Shown: positions 54,440-64,000 of the stretch, in pieces
Layout of the letters: each line of letters starts with the position of its first letter
Position numbering within the stretch: position 1 is the first letter of the stretch
Source: Tubiluchus corallicola
Taxonomy: Eukaryota > Animalia > Priapulida
Assembly: GCA_030141605.1 (NCBI GenBank)
Contig: JAQGDQ010000118.1
Location: 248,001-312,000, forward strand
DNA: 64,000 bases
Direction of reading: 5' to 3'
Position numbers and translations under genes: made by a program
The notes under the pieces: generated by a model
Databases searched by the model: none
What the model was told of the DNA's origin: nothing
The model's input: the letters and a program-made list of their open reading frames with translations, nothing else

Positions 54440-54475
54440 TGAACGATTCCAGTTGGTGAGGTAGCTAAATGGCAC
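54440..54475 (-). CDS. Tbx2/3: Candidate 36-nt cassette microexon of Tbx2/3 (VPFSYLTNWNRS), TBX3 exon-2a-like position
   Basis: Acceptor gctgatttttgttttcag, donor TCA|gtgagt. Length is a multiple of 3, with no stop in phase 0, and it lies in the phase-0 intron between KHGY and TILNS. No transcript evidence. Confidence 0.55.
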
Positions 54476-56669
54476 CTGAAAACAAAAATCAGCTTTCTTG
54501 TATTCAAACTGCACAGTTGCTTTTGGAAAACGGCCCAGAATAATGCAATATTTCAGAAATGTTCTACATAAATTATGTTACTAATTTAAATATTACCAAA
54601 AATGGAGACTAAAGAAAGCTACAGGTGCCAGTGAGCTTCCCCTGAGTACTGTTTACAATAAACAGACATTGAATACAAACGTGCACACTGAACAAAAGAG
54701 CATCTACGTAAATAGTTGTGTTCAATGACAAGTGAACAGTAATGCACAATTGCGCAATAAGCAAGCACGATTTTAGTGTCACAGGTACTGACGCATTTAA
54801 AATTTATTCTGCTGAAATTCAAAAATATTGCATTATAAAGGCGAAGTATTAATTAAAGCAAAGATTGGGAAAATAACGTATGAATATCTTGTAATTCTTG
54901 GTCAACTTACAACTGTAATTGTCTAATTATAACAAATCTCAATCCTTGTTATAACTTTTAAATCAAAAGGTAGTGCATAAATGTTAGCTGGGCAAAAGAA
55001 TTTTAGTTTTACAAATGCATGTACACAAATATAGGCTATTTTGCTCAATCTAACCTATAGTTGAACCATCAAAGAGCCATTTCAGTTATGAAACTAGACC
55101 AAATAACTAGCATACGTGTAGTGCTATGCCTATAAGGTAGTTGTGAAAGATGCTTTTATGTACTGTAATCGACCAGTATATATATATATATAGGCCTAAA
55201 ATCAAAATAGTGTCACTTTTCTCAGTCCGGCCACATATCACAAATGACTACGTCTAACTAGCGATTGCATGTGAGTGTGTAGGTGCCCTAATGCGGCTAA
55301 AAAGTTTTTATAATAGAAAAACTTTTTGCCATAGGCCTGCTTGCAGGCCGGTAGTGCAGGCCTATCAAGAGTGCGCCTCTAACAAGTACACACTCACAAC
55401 TATGCACCCAGGCGAGTTATTTCCGGATGACGTGCGTGTCCACTTGGACGAACACCCAATTATCTGTGATGATAATCCAACGGTCAATGCAGAAGATCAG
55501 ATGCAGATGGCTACTGGCTCAGGACATGCTAATTCTCTCCTATTGTGTGAGAAGCGTCACATAACCGTGCCACACTCGCGCTCGAAGTGATGAGGGTCAA
55601 TACGAGATTATTGCTAGCCTTGCTGACCAATGCTATCTGATGCTTAATTACAACAGTTTATATTGAAATCCTGTAGTAGCATACAGAGCTGTAAGTTATA
55701 AATGTCGCTAAGTTGAATATGAGAGGATTTCGTGTTCAAATTTTTATTTTCTATAAAATGTGTAGTTGTAGTTTTTGTAGCGTTACGAAAATTGATTGAA
55801 TTTGCACAGGACTCGAGTGCTCAAGTACAATTGCTGCATTACATAATTAAGTGCACTCAAAATCGCAAAACACTGGCGCAAATGAATCATGACTTTATAT
55901 CGCGATTATTCTCCCAAAGTGTACATGTGTAACTCGCAGGCCTACCACATAGTTATTATGCCACATGCATCTCTCTTTGGATGCTCGCTTCTTTCGTCCA
56001 GATTGGCTGCAAAACTTTCACGATTTTGACTGTTGCTGTTTAACTACAGCTAGTACAGTGATAACAGCCAGTATGATTTATCACTGTCTTCGAACAATGT
56101 TTGTTTATGCGTACGTTGTACTATTAGTCCACGTCGTCATAAAATTGCTCGTAAATCGGCGGCTAAGCTTACCGTTGCATAATGGTGGCTCTGTTAACGG
56201 AAGCTAATTTCGTGGTGGTCCGATGCGTCCCGGTGGCGAATTTGAAGAGGCGCAGTAAAGTTTATACTAAACAACTTTTTTGTACAAATGGCTGCCCTAA
56301 TTTTACTTGCTGTAAGTTGACTAATTTTTCGAAAGTTTCAAAACAAAGGAATGCATATTATCAAGTATCATTAAAGTTAAGAACTGAAAAGACCAGAAAA
56401 ATAACCATCAGTTTTGCAGTTAAACTTGCTGAACAAGAGCAGGAATGTTTACGGGAAAAATCTTCTGGCCATGATCCGAATCCTTGCCACATATTTCGCG
56501 CCAGTTCCTACAATAGTCGACAATGACTTAGATTCCGGCCCTGCCACGACTAAAATGTAATAAGTAGGCCCTACTGTCGACTGCTGGACACTGGCTTGCA
56601 AAAACAGTGCGGTGTACCAAACTGATAAAAAGCAGAGAAAGAGAACAGAAAATAAAATGATTTGCTAAT

Positions 56670-57050
56670 TATAGTATAGTATAGTAACATCTTTATTTGC
56701 CATAATTATATTGAGAGTCATAACAAAATATTAAGATGCTCAGTCAGTGATAGTCAAAAAACATAAACTGTTGGAGGCCAATGCGTCAGTACAAAAACTA
56801 AACTACAGGTGTAAAGAAGTAAAATATAACTTTAAACTTAAACTTTATACATTTTACATATTTACAACCTAACTATCAGCAAAATTAAGTCGTTTAATAT
56901 GGCCTGGGGTAGATGAATTCTACATTAGTGTAAATTGTCATATAAGTTTCGTATTCAAATCTTGACATCATTAATGCTTTTGTTTTGGTTTTGAATGCGG
57001 TTAACGATTTAATACGTTTGATTTCAAAGTAATTATGTAGATGCTTGATG
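56670..57050 (-). mobile_element. 3' end of an L2/CR1-group LINE, copy 2 (longer)
   Basis: Shares its 3' UTR and tail with 11195-11390. Upstream, EIKRIKSLTAFKTKTK resembles the L2-type ORF2 C-terminus. Confidence 0.7.
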
Positions 57051-60000
57051 ATCAATGACTTTATAATTGTCTGCATTACTTATGAAACCAGGTTTCTTCT
57101 TTCCAGCGGAACCGGATTTAATCGAAAAAGGCTAGCTTGTTTCCCCAAAAGCAACTTTATCATGGCTGTTGTTGAATTAAGCTCAAAGTAACACAATTTA
57201 GCGAAAAATGCATCCAGTCTGATGTTATAATGTCTGAGCTTAATCAGGTTAATTTGTCAAAGTAACAGCGGTCAAAGTAAGGTCGTTCTTGTTGATAGGT
57301 ACTAAACACATGGAATTAAAGATAGGGCACAGTCAGAGTGACCAGATGCATCAGTGTGACCAGAGCGCTGCATTATTCACCCACTTTCATGTAAGTAAAT
57401 TTTAAGTAGTTAAGTTTATTCCAGTAAGGTTCATAAATCAGCCTATTTAACACATTGTATTCAGTGGCGGTTAAATTGCAATCCTGATTAGTTTTAGCCA
57501 TGGAATTATTAAGAATATATTTTTTAACTTTATGCTTCCAGCCTGGTCAGGGAATTCTGATCAGGTCTTAGCATGCGGAACTGAAAACAACTTTACCTTT
57601 ATTCTTAATTGCAAAATTCAAATAATCTAAGAGTATTGTTAAAAAATTGAAACCTAAACATTCAAGAAATCAACATCAAATTAAAATCAGCGAACTAAAA
57701 CAAGATCAAAGTAAGAAATCGAACCAAATAATAGAAATTTGAAGTCAGTAAAATAAAAATTATTGATTTGTATTTCATTAAAGATTAGTATAGGCCTAAG
57801 TTTTTTATATAATGTTTTTTTGTCAATATTTCCGGGTTTTTGTTTGGTTGCTTAATATTATACGTCTTAGTTCAGTTTACTTTCAGTTCATTATGTTCGT
57901 TAATGTTGTTTTTCGTTAATTTAATTTCTGGTTAGAATTTCGCTTCTATATTTTGATTTTCTTTGTCGCCAGATATGGATGTTACTGCTGATATTATGCA
58001 CGTTGATGATTCTTTGCTAATTTTTAGGTTTTGTAAGTTTGATTAGGATCGCTCTTTCTTTACCGCAATGTCCATTGATAATTTTGCTACTTCGAGTCAT
58101 TTAATTGTACTAGTCGTTTTTGTTACATTAATACGAAATTAATATTGGTGGCACAATTGTTATTACAACAATTATCAGCCGATTTTTATTCTCCCACAAC
58201 CCTTATCCTTTGCATTAAATATATTTGATTTATCCCCTTTTACTATATTCATTTGATGGAGTAGAAATAAATAATTGAAGTAAAATAATTGAAATGTATA
58301 AACCACCTTTGATAGTTTAGAAATTTTATTAGAGTACGCTCTAGTCTCGGTATGCAACTTAGCAACTAATGAAACTTCTTCTGTTTTGACGAAGACTCAG
58401 CAAACCGGAAGATCAAAAACACGTTTCTTTTCACTGGCACCTCGCACATGGACAAACAGAACGCTCTGAATTTTTTTAGATACAAAATTGCTAATGTTAA
58501 CTTTTTATTCTCTGTTCATTACCGTTAAATATCAACGTAGTACATATGACTTTATGTTTTGTGTTTAATTCCTGAATATTGCATTTGATTCTTAATTCCA
58601 CAAGTACATGATCGCACTTATTATTTCACTTTATAAAATACTTTTAACCCGCAGGCTATTATTCCTGCTCTTCAAAAGCAAGATGGGAGGGAGAAACCAA
58701 TTGATTCATTGACATATGTTAGCAATAAAGATGTATGATTTTCATTACATATTACAGATAGACACACAGATAATTCGAACACAGTAAATTTGAAAAAGAA
58801 GTGCTTGGGTAAACTGTAAAACGATATCAACTTTACTAATTAGATATACTATGTAACACTGTCCTCCTGTTTTGAAAGTTTGATTAAAAAGAATGTTGGT
58901 TTTGCGTTCTGCCACATGGAACCGCCACTGATCACGATGAGTTTACTTGTGAGAAAACCTGAATGCAAAGCATTTAGTTGTTAATAGATGCGTGTCTGGC
59001 GCCAGTGACAATATCAGTCATCAATGGATAGAACTTCAGAGGGGTACCGAAGACGAATGGGGCGGAGAGAGCGCCACCTCGGATGTGTTAAATTCACGCG
59101 CCGCCGAATAGACTACAATATGTGCGACTTTACCGCCAAAGTCCCCCAAATGGGCTCTGCATACAATAATTTAGGAATGAGTTAATACCGTTGGTACATG
59201 AGTAAAGATAGTCTAGTGATAAGAAGTTCTGCTGAGCTACCGTAACGGAAGCTGGAGTTAATTACGTTATCTGCTGTTCCTACTAAGAGCTGTTCTACAA
59301 AAATTGTGTCAATTAACCACCGTTTTTAATGAAATCCTATTACAAATGTAGTTGAAAGTGAGTAAGCACCTTAAACACTACTCATATAAATTTGCATGTT
59401 TTATTCGAATCTTTTATTATTATATCAAAGGAAGAGTGTAGTATAGCCGCGTTGGTTTTAGTTCATTATTAAATGCATTGTATCGACGGTTTACGATGCG
59501 TAATTCAAAACGCTGTAAATGTGATACTTTTAGCACGCCGCAGTTCAAAAGTTTGCGGCTATTATTCATCTAAACCTAGTTTGAAACACAAAAGAACAGC
59601 TTAATACCGAAACGTACAGAGTACTACACTGAAGGAAAGCGATAGATTAACTTGTATGCTACCAAACACTGATCGACCGTCTGTAGATCTAAGAAAGATC
59701 TTAAGTAACTAGTCTCATGCTCTCATTTTTTCTCAAGACGCGCACAACAGGATTATCCTACACAATGAAAACAGTTTGTGAGGGTAGCTGTGCCCGCCCT
59801 GTTACCAATTCTAGCAAAGCCCCAATATTTCGTTTTCGATGAAATTCAGTTGAATTAGTTTAATAAAGTGGGATTAATGAGTTGACTTGAAACCGTACAT
59901 CGGATTTGCTCTCTTTCATCCATCTTTTCTAACAAGTAAAATATCGGGGGACTTTTTGAACCCCGTCGTCGGTTATTAGAAAAAGCTTGCAATTCAATGA

Positions 60001-60836
60001 TTTTATTCTGAAGTTGAATACCACACCAGAAGACATTAGTAAGCGACAAAGTTTGTCACAGGAAGTTTGTTGTTTTATTTGTAAGTTTTGGATTTTTTTG
60101 TTGTTGACATGAATCAATTTACTGAACCCCCTTTTTCGTCCGCTCCTCGTTTGGCGGATTATAAATCGGTGGAAATTTTATCGGATTACCCACCAAGTTT
60201 GAACTCCCAGAAATCGGCTCCTTTGTGCCGCCATAATTGACTTAGCCAAGGCATCATCATGACAGCCACAAAATGCGACTTGTCCCCACAATCTGATTAG
60301 GCGCCTATTTTCGCAAACATATTGACTTTCGTTTTGTGAACTGATGGCTCGAAGTGGCCCGCGTAGCGCCCTAATCAACTGCACAAGGAGATTAGCCTGT
60401 CCGAAACTGGTCTTTCTCTGAATATTGTTTGGTCTCAGCATCAGCCCTCTGTTATAATCTGACATTATACTATCTTTGCAGTTCCTTGTATAGTGTTATT
60501 TATTGCTAGACAATAGTTGAAGGAAATGTTCCTAGAATGGCCTAAGACTCGGAAGTTGCAGGGAGACCACAGTACGGATTCATTTTTAAAGCTAGGTCAT
60601 TTATTCTCAATAGTAAAAAAACTTCAGCTACAATAAATGTTGGAAACCTCAGTGTTCTGGCATTTCCTGTTTCAACTATATCATTTCCGGCGAATGGTGT
60701 ATCACAATTTTACAATAACAACAAGGGTAAACTACTAAGTAGTACAAATGAAACTACTTATTTTTTAGTAACAAACATACAAACAAGAAGTTTAATCACT
60801 AAGTAAACACTACAATATACATGTACATGTACTTAC

Positions 60837-60968
60837 ATAACCGTGCTTATCCGATATGTTGTTTGTTAATTTTAATTTGTGAAAGGAAACTACTTTACTC
60901 ATCCATTGGTCGCCAGTGCTCGGTGAATCTGGATGAATGTACATCCGCTTTGGCATTTCCGGATCCGC
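60837..60968 (-). CDS. Tbx2/3: Tbx2/3 exon: [44 protein letters not shown]
   Basis: Near-identical to the TBX2/TBX3/omb T-box. Acceptor tttttcgtgcag, donor gtaagt; 132 nt, phase 0-0. Confidence 0.97.
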
Positions 60969-61176
60969 CTGCACGAAAAACGAAATGCTTCATGTTCAGT
61001 GGCTCTAAAATTGTGCAGCTTTATTTGCAATTTATGAAGTAAACGAGACCTGAATTTTTTTATTTGTAACTACAGTATATATTCAATATTTTTAATATCC
61101 AAGTTAACATCAACAGATCTTTGAAGATATTGAAGTTTCATGATCGAGGTATTCACCCTTCATGTGGCTAATGGAG

Positions 61177-61275
61177 ATGATGAATATGACGATGATGATG
61201 ATGATGATGGTGGTGGTTGTGGTTTTAGTTTTGGTGGTGGTGGTGGTGATGATGATGATCATGGTAATGATGTTG
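61177..61275. repeat. (GAT/GGT)n trinucleotide tract in the short T-box intron
   Basis: Direct reading. Confidence 0.9.
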
Positions 61276-61328
61276 ACAGATAATGTACCTCTCACAAGTG
61301 CAAGGGTAATATTATATATTTGAGGTCA

Positions 61329-61520
<192 letters not shown>

Positions 61521-63914
61521 CTAAACGGCACCTGTAAATTCTTAAGAAAATCACTAATTAGTCATGTTTTACTGTTCATTTATACACCTAAAGAGTGTGC
61601 AAAATAATCAGGTTCGCTGTAGTTACTGTAGTCGGTTAAGTTTTCCACCATTTTCGACTCCTAATAATCTGACAATCTGATATGTATGTTAATGCCAATC
61701 CGATTAATACATTAACTGAGACCATATTACATCTTACAAATACGATATAATTGATATCCAGCGGTAACGACCACTTGTTTTAGTTGTTAATGGACATCAG
61801 AATGTCTTACACACAGCATAAGCTAATTGTGTAAATACATCAAGTGAGACAGGATGGATGTGGAATCTGATACGATACAAACTAACCCACGGGACCATCA
61901 CATAGAGCCTCTTTCGTGCAATAGCTTTTATTTGATTAATTATGTGATGAATCATTGTTCTGACCTTGGGCTCTTCCAAACATCCATAAGCTTAACTATT
62001 ATAACTGTTACATATGATGTCACACATTCAGTTTGTATTTTAAGCATTTTATTAGCTACTAAGTATAAATGCAAACTCATTGCAATATTTTTATGTGTTC
62101 AGCTCATGAATATATTTCAACAATTTTTGCAAATATAAATTCATTGCACTATTTTTGTCAAAAAACACGTTGGCGCATGCGCAGTTTTAATTAATGAGTC
62201 TATCTTTCATTCAACCGAATCTACCCGAAAGCATCAACATTTAAATAACGCTATTAGAGAACACAAGAAGTTAAGAAGTCTGCTTATATACTTGGCCAAA
62301 ACTTGTGTGGAAGTATGACTTCGTCAAGAAAAGAAACTCACACACTAAAATGATGGGCAGGACAAAAATAACTAACATTTTTAAATAGGAAAATTAAAGG
62401 TATGTGTACCATAGTTAGGCCTACTACAATGAAAAAAAACTGATTTAATTTCTCAAACGAGCAAAATTAAGCTTATATATATAAATAGGTAGATAAAATT
62501 TATTTAATAATCGGATTACATAAAAATAATAAACACAAGCTGGGCCAGCTTTTACAACCGACAATATAGACCTACACTGATGTGGTTAAAATAAATAATT
62601 TACGCACCATTAGACGTGTAACTTTTGAAATCAATTCTAAAACTATTCTAGCCCAGACCTTATAATTTTGATTTTTTTAAAAATTATCGGCTAGATCGGT
62701 AAGCCAACAGGTCTCGTCAGAAGTGATATCGTTAAAGGCATCGTTGTACTAAAGTTCTATTACATCAGCGAACTAACTCCAATTATAGCCGTGCGTCACA
62801 TCCACGTGATGTCTATTTTCTGTAACTTATCGCTTACTTTAAAGCAGCAGCATCGCACAATTCATAAACACTAATTTTTAAAGATCTACAACTCTAAACA
62901 ATATATAAACTCAAATTTTTGTAGTAACCTCAAATTCCCCCTAAACTAAAAATTCTTTATTGTTTTCAGTTTGACTAAAAAGAGTTTATTTATTTAAACG
63001 CGACGTTACAGAAATTCCAGCTAAGATGTTACTGACACTAAACAGCAAACAATGTACAGAACAAATAAAAATAAAACCTTCCGGGGGGTTTAGGGCTCCA
63101 AAAGTAACCACGGCAACCAAAAAATAAACTTTTGGAAAGGTAATACTAAAAGTAACTGATTCTAACAAAGAGTGTTGAATATCCTCCAAACAGTTCATTG
63201 TATTGCGCTCGTTTAAGCTTGACTTGTAAGTATATCATGTGTTGCCACACATACCGTCGTAAGCCTTTGCCACATACCGTGTAAAATAAACTCGACTCGA
63301 AAGTAAACAAATAGCGAAAGCTGTCTTTTGATCTTGGCCAAGTTTGTTGTGCTGGTTAACGTATAGAGTTGGCTGTTACATTCCTCTGTGAACATGTTAT
63401 AGCAACGTCCTTGTTATTTAAGAAATTGTCTTCCCTTTCCAAACACTGTTCGAGTCTTAACACAAGCCGACTAATTGGAGCTGGCGGCGAAAGGAAGTCT
63501 GGTAAATCCGGCAGTTGCTACTAGTAGCTTGGTGGCGCTGTTGGTGCACCGGCAAAGGATGTTTTGAGACCATTTTAATCCAATATGAATAACTTGTATA
63601 AAAAGATATTATTTGACCAGATCATACATGTATACATGATGGAAACTAATCTCATGACAAAGGCCTTGGACCAGAAACGGTCTGATCATGGATCACAGTT
63701 ACTAGGTCAGAGACACCGCACGCCATGGAACACGAGGCAAAAAAGTCTCAATGCGTGCGGCACTCAGTAAGTGCCCTTTTTTCTCTAACGTTCTAGCCCC
63801 TTCAGAGTAACTATTTCTTATAAGGAACGGGATATAATTTTCCATTGAGAGAAATAATTATGAGTTCCAACAAATACCTTCGTTTTAACATTCAAAAACT
63901 TTTACCTCTGCTTT

Positions 63915-63998
63915 TTCGAGATAACAGCCATCTTCAAATCAAACTAAAATTAAGTATTCGAGATAACAGCCATCTTCAAAGCAAGCTAGAATTAAGTA
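63915..63998. repeat. 42-bp tandem duplication at window edge
   Basis: ttcgagataacagccatcttcaaa starts at both 63915 and 63957. Confidence 0.9.
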
Positions 63999-64000
63999 AA

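Noticed and set aside
56173-56190. 18-nt in-frame microexon candidate (SHHYAT)
   Set aside because: The polypyrimidine tract is poor (cttccgttaacag); likely chance.
60821-60836. Drosophila omb-like VST extension after KHGY via a shifted donor
   Set aside because: GTAAGTACA does encode VST, but the next GT dinucleotides follow 10 and 16 nt of extension, which is out of frame.

Overview
This is AT-rich, intron-rich eukaryotic (invertebrate bilaterian-like) genomic DNA. It holds two tandem minus-strand developmental genes, both running off the window. (1) A Tbx2/3 (omb-class) T-box gene has six coding exons resolvable from 61485 down to the stop at 36280; its first exon was not found and probably lies right of the window. 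(2) An AUTS2/FBRSL1/tay-family gene starts at 31206, has a 24.4-kb first intron and a probable second exon at 6309-6509, and continues left of the window. The rest is intronic or intergenic DNA with non-autonomous hAT, Kolobok-like and Helitron-like elements, LINE 3' remnants, foldback inverted repeats and many micro/minisatellites. The most notable observation is a 36-nt in-frame candidate cassette microexon (54440-54475, VPFSYLTNWNRS) inside the T-box, in the intron where mammalian TBX3 carries its alternative exon 2a. No prokaryote-type system (CRISPR etc.) is present. All calls were made by eye, without database searches.
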